DNA of 64,000 nucleotides from Deltaproteobacteria bacterium (GCA_016177845.1 JACOUO010000011.1:512326-576325); one strand, 5' to 3'; counted from the first letter of the stretch, positions 46,617 to 58,036 are shown. Notes: generated by a model from the letters alone, not told the origin. Numbers and translations are program-made.

Positions 46617-47744
46617 CTAAAGCACGACAAGGTTATCCCTGTGGATAACTTCATCGTACACTTTATATCCGAGTACACCTTCAAGCTCTGCGGTCTTAAG
46701 TCCTTTTATCTTTTCAATCTCGGCAGAGCTGTAATTAGCAACCCCTCTGGCAAATTCCATCCCCAGCATGTCAACGCAGTGGACGACCTCGCCAGCCTCG
46801 AAAAGACCGTCAACATCCTTAATGCCTGAAGGCAGCAGGCTTTTGCCTCCCTTAAGGAGAGCCTCCTTTGCGCCTTCGTCAACAAAGACCCTTCCTGAGG
46901 GCCTTGTTGAGAATGCTATCCAGTGCTTTCTGCTTGTAAGCCTGTCCTCTTTGGGAAGGAAAAGCGTGCCTGCGTCCTCGCCTTTGAGTATCTTAGCTAT
47001 TATATCGGGTGTGTTGCCGTTGGCTATGATGGTAGGTATGCCAAAGTGTGCGGCCTTGCGTGCGGCCTCGCACTTTGACCTTATGCCGCCTGTGCCGAGG
47101 CTGTTGGTCCCGCTTGTCAGTCCGTCAAATTTAAAGCAGTCAATATCCTCTACAAGGGGCACCTTTTTAGCCGTTGGGTCTTTTTTGGGATCTTTGTCAA
47201 AAAGCCCTTCTATATCTGAGAGGATGAGAAGAAGGTCTGCTTCAACAAGGTTTGTTGAAAGGGCTGAGAGCGCGTCATTATCGCCGAACTTTATCTCTTC
47301 AACCGCAACCGTGTCGTTCTCGTTGATAATTGGGGTAATCCCGAGCCTTAAGAGCGTAAGGAGGGTATTTCTGGCATTAAGAAAGCGATTTCTGCTCCCA
47401 AGGTCATCATGTGTCAATAATACCTGTGCGACCTTGTCGCCGATTTCGGAGAAAGCGGCATCATAGAAAGACATGAGTGAGCCCTGCCCCACTGCGGCAA
47501 CCGCCTGCCTCTCAGGTATGCTTACAGGCTTTTCCTTAAGCCCCAGCTTCCTGATCCCCAGAGCAATGGCGCCTGAGCTTACGACTACAGCCTCTTTGCC
47601 TTCCTTTTTAAGCCCGTGTATTTCATCGGCAAGACGGGAGAATATGGTGCGGCCAAGCACAGGCTCACCGGCAACAACCGCGCTCCCGACCTTTACCACA
47701 ATCCTTTTCGCCTTTTTAATTATCTTTTTTCTAAGGTCTTTCAT
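46617..47744 (-). CDS. proB: Glutamate 5-kinase
   Basis: 375 aa with an amino-acid kinase domain (VVKVGSAV...) and a C-terminal PUA domain. Confidence 0.9.
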   Translation of the reverse strand: MKDLRKKIIKKAKRIVVKVGSAVVAGEPVLGRTIFSRLADEIHGLKKEGKEAVVVSSGAIALGIRKLGLKEKPVSIPERQAVAAVGQGSLMSFYDAAFSEIGDKVAQVLLTHDDLGSRNRFLNARNTLLTLLRLGITPIINENDTVAVEEIKFGDNDALSALSTNLVEADLLLILSDIEGLFDKDPKKDPTAKKVPLVEDIDCFKFDGLTSGTNSLGTGGIRSKCEAARKAAHFGIPTIIANGNTPDIIAKILKGEDAGTLFLPKEDRLTSRKHWIAFSTRPSGRVFVDEGAKEALLKGGKSLLPSGIKDVDGLFEAGEVVHCVDMLGMEFARGVANYSSAEIEKIKGLKTAELEGVLGYKVYDEVIHRDNLVVL

Positions 47745-47771
47745 CTTAATTAAAAAAATTAAATTAAAAAC

Positions 47772-48797
<1,026 letters not shown>

Positions 48798-48952
48798 TTA
48801 CCTTTAAATTAATTTTATAAGTATTCGAAATTCTTGCCCTTTGTATATAAAGATACACCTAAGCGGTGATTCAATCCATAAAAAAAGGGCGGTTACGGAA
48901 AGGCCAACCAAGCCTCTCCTCTCCGCCCTTATCATTTATCTGATTTTATATT

Positions 48953-49204
48953 TTACTGCGGCAGAATGTTTACGAACTTCTTCTGACCTTTTTCTTCAAA
49001 CTGGACAACGCCTGTGACCTTGGCAAAAAGTGTGAAATCCCTGCCCAGACCTACATTAGTGCCCGGCCATATTTTTGTGCCAAGCTGTCTTACTAAGATA
49101 GAGCCGCCTGAGACCAGCTGGCCTGAAAACCTCTTCACGCCTCTTCTCTGGCCATTACTGTCTCTACCGTTTCTGGAACTGCCGCCTGCTTTCTTATGTG
49201 CCAT
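48953..49204 (-). CDS. rpmA: 50S ribosomal protein L27
   Basis: 83 aa beginning [29 protein letters not shown]. Confidence 0.9.
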   Translation of the reverse strand: MAHKKAGGSSRNGRDSNGQRRGVKRFSGQLVSGGSILVRQLGTKIWPGTNVGLGRDFTLFAKVTGVVQFEEKGQKKFVNILPQ

Positions 49205-49256
49205 TTTTTAAAGATCCTCCCTGCTATTGACTCAAAAATTGTATTTTAAAATTAAA

Positions 49257-49568
49257 TTATGCCTTGATTTCTGTGATCTTGAGGCTTGTAAAGAGCTGCC
49301 TGTGGCCCTGCTTCTTTGTATAGCCTTTCCTTCTCTTCTTCTTGAATATCAGGACTTTTTTGTCCTTACCATGCTCAATTATTTCGGCTACCACTTTTGC
49401 CCCATCCACTACAGGTGTGCCTACTTTTAAAGTATCGCCTTCGCCTACTGCGAGAACATCGGAGAGTTCTACACTTGTTCCTACCTCACCCGCAAGTTTC
49501 TCAACATTGACGACATCACCCTGTGAAACCCTATACTGTTTTCCGCCTGTTTTTATGACTGCGTACAT
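49257..49568 (-). CDS. rplU: 50S ribosomal protein L21
   Basis: 103 aa beginning [25 protein letters not shown]. Confidence 0.9.
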   Translation of the reverse strand: MYAVIKTGGKQYRVSQGDVVNVEKLAGEVGTSVELSDVLAVGEGDTLKVGTPVVDGAKVVAEIIEHGKDKKVLIFKKKRRKGYTKKQGHRQLFTSLKITEIKA

Positions 49569-49616
49569 CTCTTTTTGTCCTCCGAGTATATTGAATGTTA
49601 AATATTACTGGTTTTA

Positions 49617-50876
49617 ATGAGCGTTGTCAAGAAGTTTGTAAAGAAAAAACACCATCTTGCAAACCCGGCAAAAACCGATAGAATCTTGAAGATGAACAAT
49701 GAAAAGCCCTTTTTTCTCGGTCTGAGCAGAAATGTCTTTTTTACCGGCCTTGTAAGCCTGTTCATGGACATTTCATCCGAAATGGTCTATCCCCTTGTCC
49801 CCCTTTTCCTTACCGGCGTCCTGGGCACAACAAAGACAACCGTCGGCATAATCGAAGGCATAGCAGAGGCAACCGCCTCGATACTCAAGGTCTTTTCCGG
49901 CTATATGTCGGACAGGCTCGGCAAACGAAAGCTTCTGATGACTATCGGGTACGGCATCTCCGCCGTAAGCAGGCCGATTATAGCATACTCAGGCACCTGG
50001 TTTGAAGTCCTGACCGCAAGATTTATAGACAGGTTCGGAAAAGGCATAAGAACATCCCCAAGGGATGCCATTATAGCAGACTCAACCGAGGTCGGCAGCC
50101 TCGGGCTTGCCTACGGGTTCCACCGTTCAATGGATACTGTAGGCGCGATAATCGGCCCGGCAGTTGCGTTTGTTCTCCTGTTATTTTTTGTAGATAATCT
50201 GAGGCTCGTCTTTCTCGTATCCACAATCCCTGCCATCATAGCTGTAGCCCTGATAATCTTTTTCATTACAGAGAGGAAAAAGACGAAAGAGGAGCTTGCG
50301 CACCTGCCAAAGCTCAATATCAGGCAGTTTAACGGCCCTTTCAGGAGCTATATGGTCGTTATAGGGCTCTTTTCATTGGGTAATTTCGCTGACGCATTTC
50401 TCGTGCTGCAGGCTCAGAACCTCGGCGTAAGCAAAGAGCTTATCCCCATAATCTATCTTGTCTATAATATAATCTACGCAATTTCATCAGTCCTGCTTGG
50501 CGCTCTCGCGGATAAGGTCGGCATCAAAAATGTCATACTGGCAAGTTTTGTATTCTTCTCACTTATCTACCTTGGCGTATCTCAGGCGACTTCCGCACTC
50601 CATATCTGGATACTGTTCCCTGTTTACGGGATTTATAAAGGCATGACCGAGGGCACGCAAAAGGCTTACCTTGCCTTCCTCTCCCCTAAAGAGCACAAGG
50701 CAACAGCCTTTGGAATATACTACACGGTAAGCGGGCTTATGCTCTTGCCTGCAAGCATTATCGCGGGATATTTATGGGATAATATCGGACCAGGAACGAC
50801 ATTTTTGTACGGAAGCGCGATGTCGATAATAGCGGCAATAATATTTGCGGCAGCAGGAAAAAGAGATAAAGGGTAA
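49617..50876 (+). CDS. MFS transporter
   Basis: 419 aa with 12 predicted transmembrane helices and an MFS-like loop motif (SDRLGKRK). The start position is uncertain. Confidence 0.7.
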   Translation: MSVVKKFVKKKHHLANPAKTDRILKMNNEKPFFLGLSRNVFFTGLVSLFMDISSEMVYPLVPLFLTGVLGTTKTTVGIIEGIAEATASILKVFSGYMSDRLGKRKLLMTIGYGISAVSRPIIAYSGTWFEVLTARFIDRFGKGIRTSPRDAIIADSTEVGSLGLAYGFHRSMDTVGAIIGPAVAFVLLLFFVDNLRLVFLVSTIPAIIAVALIIFFITERKKTKEELAHLPKLNIRQFNGPFRSYMVVIGLFSLGNFADAFLVLQAQNLGVSKELIPIIYLVYNIIYAISSVLLGALADKVGIKNVILASFVFFSLIYLGVSQATSALHIWILFPVYGIYKGMTEGTQKAYLAFLSPKEHKATAFGIYYTVSGLMLLPASIIAGYLWDNIGPGTTFLYGSAMSIIAAIIFAAAGKRDKG

Positions 50877-50892
50877 AAAAAGGAGTCGGGAG

Positions 50893-51768
50893 TTACTCCA
50901 GGGTGGGCTGCTTACTGAAGCTTAAGCTCGTGCCAAGCTGAGTGAGCTTGCCTCTGACATCGCCGAAAAAGACGAGGTCTTTTACAAGCACCTGTGTCGG
51001 GAGCAGGTCATCGGTAAAGATTATATCAACATCCCCTGACTGTGAGCCGAAAAGCTCTTTGTCTATCTGCACATTGGCAAGATAATCCGCGGACGCAGGC
51101 CTGTCCCTGAACCTCTTGTTCAGTTCTTCCTGTGTTGCGACACTGACCTTTATCTCAGGCACATGGTCTTCCTTAGGGAAATAGAACATCCTATATTCCC
51201 TGCCCTCCTTTATAGGACCGTAAACGCCAAACCTGAAGTTATAAAATGCAGCAAGAGGGCCATCGCAATAGATTCCCGGAGGAAGCTTGACCTCTTTGGA
51301 GTGCTCTTCCTTGCCATTTATCCAGCTCTTCCACTTCATCACCCTTTTGTCATAGTCGAGGACGGTTACACTCTTTTTTACTTTTCCGTCAATCTCCACT
51401 ATCTTCTCAAATGACTGGGTAACAAACCTTCTGCCTCCTTCGGCAAGCCTCAGGTGAGCCACATAGGAATCCTTCCTGTTTTTCATGACTTTTCCGACAA
51501 AGCCTGTAGTTTTGGCATTAAGAGTGGCTATGTAGTCGCCGTTTTCGCCTTTTCTTAAGCTTACCTTGCCTGTGGCGACATCATCGAAAAACCAGAACCC
51601 GATTGTATAGGTAAGCTCTTCATTGAGGAAAGCGTCAGCGATGGTGGAAGATTTTACTGTGGCAGGCTCAAGCGGGAATTCCTTTATAGCCTCTGACCTG
51701 ACATAGCCGGGGGTAAGTGAAAAAAGTGCGACTAAAGCAAAAATAAAGAGGAATCTGCTGAACTTCAT
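50893..51768 (-). CDS. Secreted hypothetical protein (signal peptide; possibly DUF3108-like)
   Basis: 291 aa. The N-terminus MKFSRFLFIFALVALFSLT is signal-like. No catalytic motifs recognised. Confidence 0.5.
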   Translation of the reverse strand: MKFSRFLFIFALVALFSLTPGYVRSEAIKEFPLEPATVKSSTIADAFLNEELTYTIGFWFFDDVATGKVSLRKGENGDYIATLNAKTTGFVGKVMKNRKDSYVAHLRLAEGGRRFVTQSFEKIVEIDGKVKKSVTVLDYDKRVMKWKSWINGKEEHSKEVKLPPGIYCDGPLAAFYNFRFGVYGPIKEGREYRMFYFPKEDHVPEIKVSVATQEELNKRFRDRPASADYLANVQIDKELFGSQSGDVDIIFTDDLLPTQVLVKDLVFFGDVRGKLTQLGTSLSFSKQPTLE

Positions 51769-52027
51769 AATTTAAGTTTAATCAAATAGCCGAAAAAATC
51801 AAGTACAATCGTAAGTTAGCCAAATCGCGCCGCACTGTAAAAATACTTTCAATTGCGGCTTGGGCATCTTCCTGTATACTTAGAAAAACGGCCTGAATAA
51901 TCACGAAGGGGGTGGTGATATTTTGTCCGTAATAGCGTATCAGTTGAGTAATCGTCCCAGGCCTGGGAGACATAATAACAGCCGCTCAAATCAAACCGTT
52001 CAACCAAAGCAAAAGGAGGTATGCACC

Positions 52028-52498
52028 ATGAGGAGATCAGCAATCTTTTCCGCATTCGTATTATCATTTTTCCTGTCAGTGTTCACCATCAACGCAGGCA
52101 CAGCTTCAGCAGCCGCAGCCGATGACGCACAGAAACAGCAGTCAAAGGCCGTTAAGCAGACACAGCAGGCCATAGATAATTTAAGGTCAGCTATCAACAG
52201 CTATGAACAGGCCCAGAAGTCAGCAGGCGCGGAAGATGAGCATTTAAGGGAAGCAGTAAATAACGCAAAGTCAGCCCTCGACAATGCCGAAAAATCAATG
52301 GAGCACGCCAGAATGTTCCAGAGCGGCGCAAAGGGCACAACAGGCAGGACCCCTTCAACACCCGCACCCTCCACACCTTCTGAGCGCGGTACATCAGGCG
52401 GCATGAGCGGCGGCACATCAGGCTCAATGGGCGGTGGCGCGACATCAGGCGGAGCGACATCGGGTGGCGCAACAAGCGGTTCAGCAGGCAGCAGGTAA
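52028..52498 (+). CDS. Secreted protein with an alpha-helical N-terminal region and a Gly/Ser/Thr-rich repetitive C-terminal tail
   Basis: The start is set at MRRSAIFSAFVLSFF (AAGGAGG ribosome-binding site 7 nt upstream, signal peptide). The C-terminal tail (GGATSGGATSGGATSG) is encoded by tandem 15-nt repeats. Confidence 0.45.
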   Translation: MRRSAIFSAFVLSFFLSVFTINAGTASAAAADDAQKQQSKAVKQTQQAIDNLRSAINSYEQAQKSAGAEDEHLREAVNNAKSALDNAEKSMEHARMFQSGAKGTTGRTPSTPAPSTPSERGTSGGMSGGTSGSMGGGATSGGATSGGATSGSAGSR

Positions 52499-52521
52499 TC
52501 CTTACAATTACCATCCCCTAC

Positions 52522-52559
52522 AAAAAAGGGCGGAAGCATTGTGCTTCCGTCCTTTTTTT
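52522..52559. terminator. Bidirectional rho-independent terminator between the convergent Gly/Ser/Thr-rich gene and selA
   Basis: aaaaaa-gggcggaagc-attgt-gcttccgtcc-ttttttt. The stem has one mismatch. Confidence 0.6.
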
Positions 52560-53985
52560 ATTTGAACTCAGGCACTACTTCCGAAGGATTTTCCACAGTC
52601 CTCATATCCAACAGGAATTTCTCTTTCTTTATCCTTCCAAGTATGGGCGGAGAGTTTCTAAGAAAAAGCCTCATGATATCTTCAGGCTTGAGGTCTTTAT
52701 GGGTAATTGAAATAACTTTTGTAGGGATATTATGCCCGGGCAGCGCCCCGCCCCCGACAACAGACTCGCTATCCTCTATAACTATCTCAAAGCCTTCAAG
52801 CTTTATACTTAAAAGCTCCTTTGCCTTATTTGCCACAACCTCTATTTCGGCAATAGGCCTAACCATATATTTAAGGGTGGGAAGCCTTTCGGGAAGCGTA
52901 TCTTTGTTGAGATAGAGCTTAAGCGTTGCCTCAAGAGCAGACAGTGTAAGCTTATCAGCTCTTAAAGCCCTTTTAAGCGGGTTCTTTTTTATCTTGTCGA
53001 TAAATTCCTTTTTACCGACAATCAGGCCTGACTGCGGCCCCCCAAGGAGCTTATCCCCGCTGAATGTGATTACATCAGCCCCTGTCTCAACCCTCTCCCT
53101 TACAACAGGCTCTTTTGGAAGGCCGTACTCGGAGAGGTCTATCAAAGACCCTGCGCCCAGATCTTCCACGACAGGGATATTATGCGCCTTTCCTATTGCT
53201 ACGAGCTCATCGAGCTTAACCTCAGAGGTAAAGCCGACTACATTATAATTGCTTGTATGCGCCTTGAATATCAGGGCGGTATTCTCATTTATGGCCTCTA
53301 TGTAATCCTTAGGGTGGGTCCTGTTTGTAGTGCCGACCTCCCTTAATATGCAGCCGCTTTTCTTTATTATCTCAGGCAGCCTGAACGAGCCGCCTATCTC
53401 GATAAGCTCTCCCCTTGAGATGATTACCTCTTTGCCTTCGGCAAGGGTATTAAGCGTAATAAGGACGGCTGCGGCATTGTTATTGACCACGCATGAGCCT
53501 TGCGCCGAGGTAAGCCTTTTGACAAGACCATCTATGTGGCTGTCCCTCTCGCCCCGTTCGTTCTTCTCAAGGTCAAACTCAAGGTTAACATTACCTTCCG
53601 CAGTTAAGATAATTGAAGAGATAGCGTCTTTACTTAAGACAGCCCTGCCGATATTGGTGTGCAATATCGTGCCGGTAGCATTTATTACCTTTACTATCGA
53701 AGGCTTAAGCATGCTTCTAACCTCCTCAAAAGTAAGCTCGATCAAGGCAGAGGCGCAGACATCTTTCCGTCTGCCTGAGATTATCTCGCCCCTTGCCTTA
53801 TCTATTGCCCGCCTTAGTGCAGCAGTGACAAGGGGAGCGGAGTAGACAGCGGAGGCGTTCTTAAGCTCAAGGCTCTTTAAAAGCTCATCTACAGAGGGGA
53901 TTTCCCTTAAAAGGTTGTTTTTCATATCAGCAATATTACCTGAGAGTAAAAAACCGGTCAAGGAAGAGAACAGGATTCCTTTCAT
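52558..53985 (-). CDS. selA: L-seryl-tRNA(Sec) selenium transferase
   Basis: 475 aa. The PLP-lysine motif FSGDKLLGGPQSG and the N-terminal domain are typical of SelA. Confidence 0.85.
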   Translation of the reverse strand: MKGILFSSLTGFLLSGNIADMKNNLLREIPSVDELLKSLELKNASAVYSAPLVTAALRRAIDKARGEIISGRRKDVCASALIELTFEEVRSMLKPSIVKVINATGTILHTNIGRAVLSKDAISSIILTAEGNVNLEFDLEKNERGERDSHIDGLVKRLTSAQGSCVVNNNAAAVLITLNTLAEGKEVIISRGELIEIGGSFRLPEIIKKSGCILREVGTTNRTHPKDYIEAINENTALIFKAHTSNYNVVGFTSEVKLDELVAIGKAHNIPVVEDLGAGSLIDLSEYGLPKEPVVRERVETGADVITFSGDKLLGGPQSGLIVGKKEFIDKIKKNPLKRALRADKLTLSALEATLKLYLNKDTLPERLPTLKYMVRPIAEIEVVANKAKELLSIKLEGFEIVIEDSESVVGGGALPGHNIPTKVISITHKDLKPEDIMRLFLRNSPPILGRIKKEKFLLDMRTVENPSEVVPEFK

Positions 53986-54073
53986 AAGAGCGGGATTTTT
54001 TTAAAAAATATTTACACGGTTCCAAGACAATAGTATATTAAAATATAAATAAAATAACCAAAGAGCGAAATAG

Positions 54074-54724
54074 ATGGTACCTGTCATATCAATAGTAGGC
54101 AAATCAGGAAGCGGCAAGACCACTCTCCTTGAAAAGGTCATCAAAGAGCTTGTAAAAAAGGGCTACTCCGTTGGCATCCTTAAGCACGACGCGCACGGCT
54201 TTGAGATAGACCACGAGGGCAAGGACTCATGGAGGCACAAGAAGGCAGGCGCAATGACGGTTGCCCTCTCCTCCCCTGAAAAGTTTGCGGTAATAAAGGA
54301 TGTCAAAAAGGAATGGGTGCCTGAAAGGATTATATATTCATACCTTTCAGATGCTGATGTGGTGATAACAGAGGGCTTTAAGACCTACTGGTTCCCAAAG
54401 ATAGAGGTATTGAGGAAGGCCCACTCAACAAAGCCTGTATGCGCCGGGCATAAGGAACTCTTAGCCTATGCGACCGATGTAAAAATCAAGACAAAACTGC
54501 CCCTTTTCGATATAAACGACTACAAAGGCATTGCCCGTTTTATCGAGAAAGAGATTATAAAGAAGCACGATAAAAAAGAAATCTCCCTTATGGTAAACGG
54601 CAAGCCTATTGTCTTAAAGCCGTTTATCGAGAATTTCATAAAGGACAGCGTCCTTGGCATGATAGGAAGCCTTAAGGACTGCTCTGATGCCAACGAAATA
54701 GAGCTCAGGATAAGGAAAAAATGA
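54074..54724 (+). CDS. mobB: Molybdopterin-guanine dinucleotide biosynthesis adapter protein MobB (with a C-terminal extension)
   Basis: The P-loop VISIVGKSGSGKTTLLEK and the GILKHDAHGF motif indicate MobB. At 216 aa it is longer than canonical MobB. Confidence 0.8.
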   Translation: MVPVISIVGKSGSGKTTLLEKVIKELVKKGYSVGILKHDAHGFEIDHEGKDSWRHKKAGAMTVALSSPEKFAVIKDVKKEWVPERIIYSYLSDADVVITEGFKTYWFPKIEVLRKAHSTKPVCAGHKELLAYATDVKIKTKLPLFDINDYKGIARFIEKEIIKKHDKKEISLMVNGKPIVLKPFIENFIKDSVLGMIGSLKDCSDANEIELRIRKK

Positions 54725-55290
54725 CCGGTGCGGTTCTTGCTGGCGGCAAATCAAGGCGCATGGGCTTTAACAAGGCCCTTATAAAAATAGACGACCGTAC
54801 CATCATTGAAAAGAATGTAGGGCTCCTTAAAAAAGAGTTCGATGAAGTCTTTATAGTAGCCAACGAAGTACTCCTTTACGAACACCTCTCAACCCTCATA
54901 TATTCAGACCTCATAAAAGGCGCGGGAAGCCTCGGCGGCGTATTTACCGCCCTTTTTCACGCAAAGAGCGACTACGCCTTCGTGGTTGCCTGCGATATGC
55001 CGTTCCTGAGCCCCGAAGCAATCAAAAAGATGATAAAATCAGCAGATGGGAGCGACTGCATCGTGCCCTTTATAGGCGGAAAGCTCCACCCCATGCACAC
55101 GCTCTACTCCAAAAAATGCCTCAAACCCATAAAGACCATGATAGAGGAAGGCAATTTAAGGATTACCGACCTTTTTGAAAAGGTGCGGGTTAAAAGGCTT
55201 ACTGAGGAGCATTTTAAAGGCATACCAATAATAGAGTCCGTGGAAAATGTAAACACACAGGACGACCTTACAAGGATAGGACACAAATAA
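54721..55290 (+). CDS. mobA: Molybdenum cofactor guanylyltransferase MobA
   Basis: 189 aa. Contains the motif GAVLAGGKSRRMGFNKAL. It overlaps mobB by 4 nt. Confidence 0.8.
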   Translation: MTGAVLAGGKSRRMGFNKALIKIDDRTIIEKNVGLLKKEFDEVFIVANEVLLYEHLSTLIYSDLIKGAGSLGGVFTALFHAKSDYAFVVACDMPFLSPEAIKKMIKSADGSDCIVPFIGGKLHPMHTLYSKKCLKPIKTMIEEGNLRITDLFEKVRVKRLTEEHFKGIPIIESVENVNTQDDLTRIGHK

Positions 55291-55294
55291 CAAA

Positions 55295-56089
55295 GTGGAA
55301 AAAAAAGCTGAACTGGAAAAACTGATAAACCTGATGGAAAGGCTAAGGGCCCCGAACGGCTGTCCGTGGGATAAGGAGCAGACCCTTGAGTCACTCATCC
55401 CCTTCATCATAGAAGAGGCCTATGAGGTAATCTCAGCCATAGATTCCAAAGACCCCTCCCATATTAAGGAAGAGCTTGGAGACCTCTTGTTTCAGGTTAT
55501 CTTCGCAAGCCAGATAACAAAGGAGAAGAACGAGTTCGATATAGCCGATGTAATCGACACCTCCTTTACCAAGATGGTCAGAAGGCACCCCCATGTGTTC
55601 GGCGATGTAAAGGCGGAAACCCCTGAAGAGGTACTAAAGCACTGGGCTGAAATAAAAAAGGAAGAGAAGAAAGAGGCAGGCAAAAAGGAAGAAGGCTACC
55701 TCTCAGGCATACCTGAGGTGCTGCCCGCGCTCCTTAGGGCGCATAAAGTAAGCCAGAAGGCTGCAAAGGTCGGCTTTGACTGGAAGGATGTCAGCGAAGT
55801 GCTGGCAAAGATGGAAGAAGAGATGAACGAGTTCAGGCAGGCTGTGCTGGCTAAAAACACCGAAGAGATGGAAGAGGAGCTTGGGGACTTTCTCTTCACC
55901 GTTGTCAATATCGGAAGGTTCCTTGAGGTCAACCCAGAGAACGCCCTGAGAAAGACCATCGGAAAGTTCATAAACCGCTTCCATTATATAGAGAAGAGAT
56001 TAGATGAGAAAGGCATGGATCTTTCGACTACGCCGATAGAGGAAATGGAGCGTCTCTGGCAGGAATCAAAGGTGAATGAAAAAAGGTAA
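55295..56089 (+). CDS. mazG: Nucleoside triphosphate pyrophosphohydrolase MazG
   Basis: 264 aa with two MazG EExxE-type domains (RAPNGCPWDKEQTLESL; EELGDLLFQV; EELGDFLFTV). Confidence 0.85.
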   Translation: MEKKAELEKLINLMERLRAPNGCPWDKEQTLESLIPFIIEEAYEVISAIDSKDPSHIKEELGDLLFQVIFASQITKEKNEFDIADVIDTSFTKMVRRHPHVFGDVKAETPEEVLKHWAEIKKEEKKEAGKKEEGYLSGIPEVLPALLRAHKVSQKAAKVGFDWKDVSEVLAKMEEEMNEFRQAVLAKNTEEMEEELGDFLFTVVNIGRFLEVNPENALRKTIGKFINRFHYIEKRLDEKGMDLSTTPIEEMERLWQESKVNEKR

Positions 56090-56265
56090 GTAAACCAGCC
56101 CCTTGAAAGACCTTTCCCCACAAGCTGTGGATAACTTGTTGAAAACCTATCAAATGCAAAATTATGGTAATCTTAAAATATGGGCTTTCCGCAGGTTGCT
56201 TAATTTTTAGGCAGGTGATTTCTGAAATAAAACGATAAGTTAGGCCATTTTAGAACTGTTTTCAT

Positions 56266-57846
56266 TTAGGCTGTTTTTTGCCTGCGTTTTTTCAAAATTC
56301 CTTTTAAAAACGCGACCTCAGGTGATTTCAGGAGCTTTGCTACCGTAACAAAGGTCACCACGCCTATCAACAGGCACAGGGCAATAACGCCTGATTTGGT
56401 TGCCGCCCCCATCCCCTCAAAGCCTGTCCAACGGATGACAAGATAGGTCACTATTCCCATTACGGCAGAAGCCGCACCCGACTTTAAAGCTGAAGAGAAT
56501 ATCTCACTGCCCCCGAACCTGCCGAACCTCTTCTTAAGGATAAGAAAGAGAACTATCATATTTATGGCAGAGGAAAGCGAAGTGGCAAGCGCAAGGCCTC
56601 CGTGCCCCATGGGGCCTGTGAGGGCAAAGCAGAATATCACATTGAATATGAATGAGACGAGCGCCACATAGACAGGTGTTGCAGTATCCTTTATCGAATA
56701 AAATACAGATGTGAGTATCCTTGAGATAGATACGGGGATAAGGCCGATGGCGTAATAATAGAGGGCTACGGCAGTGCCGTATGTAGCCTCATTACCGAAC
56801 TCGCCCCTCTTAAACAAGACCTCGATTATCGGGTAACTAAGGACAAAGAGGCCGATAGTAGCAGGTATTGTGACAAAGTTGACAATCCTTAAGGCAAATG
56901 TAAGGGAGCCCCTAAAGCCGTCCCAGTCTTTTTTGGCAACATGCTCAGATAAACTCGGAAGCACTGCTGTGCCTACTGCAACTCCAAAGACCCCCAGGGG
57001 AAGCTCCATGAGCCTGCCTGCGTAATATAGGTATGAAACGCTGCCCTCTGCCAATTGAGAGGAAAACCACAGGGTAACAAAGATATTAAGCTGATATACG
57101 CCTACCCCAAAGGCCGCAGGCCCCATGAGCGTAAAAATCTTCATTATGGCAGGGTCTTTGAAGTTAAAGCGAATGCCTGGCATCATGCCGTATCTTTTAA
57201 GGTAGGGCAGCTGCAGGCCGAACTGCAGGACGCCTCCTATCAAGACCCCTATGGCAAGCGCATAGACAGGGGTATTGAGGAACGGGGCCACCCCAAAAAC
57301 GCAGGCGATAATGGCAAGGTTGAAGAAAACAGGGGCAAGCGCAGGCGCAGTAAAGTGCTTGAGCGAATTCAGCACTCCCATGGCAATGGCCATAAGCCCG
57401 ATAAAGACCATGTAGGGGAACATCAATTGGGTAAGGTTTACGGTAGCTTCAAACTTCTGCGGGTCTGAGGCAAAGCCCGGGGACATGAAAAGGACAATTT
57501 CCCTTGAGAATACCATCCCAAGGATAGTCATTATTATAAGTATTATGGCAAAAAGGGTAAAAACGCTTGAGACAAGTCCCCTGATGCTCTCTTTTGAACG
57601 GAGATTAAGCTCCTCAGTAAAGATAGGGATAAATGATGAGGTAAGCGCGCCCTCGCCTACAAGCCTTCTGAAGAGGTTTGCAATCCTGAATGCCATGAAA
57701 AAGGCATCGGCAAACATCCCCGCGCCAAAGACAAAGGCAACAGCCGCGTCCCTTATATAACCAAGGATCCTGCTTAAGATGGTTGCGGAGCCTACGATGG
57801 AGGCAGCCCCTGTTATGCGTCTTTCATGCGAATTTTTAGCGGACAT
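56266..57846 (-). CDS. murJ: Lipid II flippase MurJ/MviN
   Basis: 526 aa with 14 transmembrane helices. The N-terminal ATILSRILGYIRDAAVAFVFGAG is typical of MurJ. Confidence 0.85.
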   Translation of the reverse strand: MSAKNSHERRITGAASIVGSATILSRILGYIRDAAVAFVFGAGMFADAFFMAFRIANLFRRLVGEGALTSSFIPIFTEELNLRSKESIRGLVSSVFTLFAIILIIMTILGMVFSREIVLFMSPGFASDPQKFEATVNLTQLMFPYMVFIGLMAIAMGVLNSLKHFTAPALAPVFFNLAIIACVFGVAPFLNTPVYALAIGVLIGGVLQFGLQLPYLKRYGMMPGIRFNFKDPAIMKIFTLMGPAAFGVGVYQLNIFVTLWFSSQLAEGSVSYLYYAGRLMELPLGVFGVAVGTAVLPSLSEHVAKKDWDGFRGSLTFALRIVNFVTIPATIGLFVLSYPIIEVLFKRGEFGNEATYGTAVALYYYAIGLIPVSISRILTSVFYSIKDTATPVYVALVSFIFNVIFCFALTGPMGHGGLALATSLSSAINMIVLFLILKKRFGRFGGSEIFSSALKSGAASAVMGIVTYLVIRWTGFEGMGAATKSGVIALCLLIGVVTFVTVAKLLKSPEVAFLKGILKKRRQKTA

Positions 57847-57914
57847 AATCTGAGGGTCTTAATGGGGCGTATATAAAAGTAAAGTACCTTTCCGAAAATC
57901 CCATACCAAAAGAC

Positions 57915-57943
57915 TTGACAAACCTATCAAAAAAGAATAATAT
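57915..57943 (+). promoter_or_regulatory. Sigma-70 promoter for rpsT
   Basis: TTGACA-(17 nt)-TAATAT, about 95 nt upstream of the rpsT ATG. Confidence 0.5.
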
Positions 57944-58036
57944 CATCTTTTATTTTATAAGCGCACGGCATTTTTATGCCGTCCAACAAAGTAAATAATC
58001 TATCACAATTTGAATATTAAATGGAGGTAAAAGATT

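Noticed and set aside
52194-52539. Two overlapping minus-strand ORFs (106 and 112 aa) rich in Arg/Pro
   Set aside because: They are reverse-frame products of the tandem-repeat region of the Gly/Ser/Thr-rich gene and are not independent genes.
56127-56135. Perfect DnaA box (TTATCCACA, minus-strand orientation) in the mazG-murJ intergenic region
   Set aside because: It is a single isolated box with no cluster, no AT-rich DNA-unwinding element and no dnaA/dnaN nearby. It is not an origin and is most likely a chance occurrence or a minor regulatory site.
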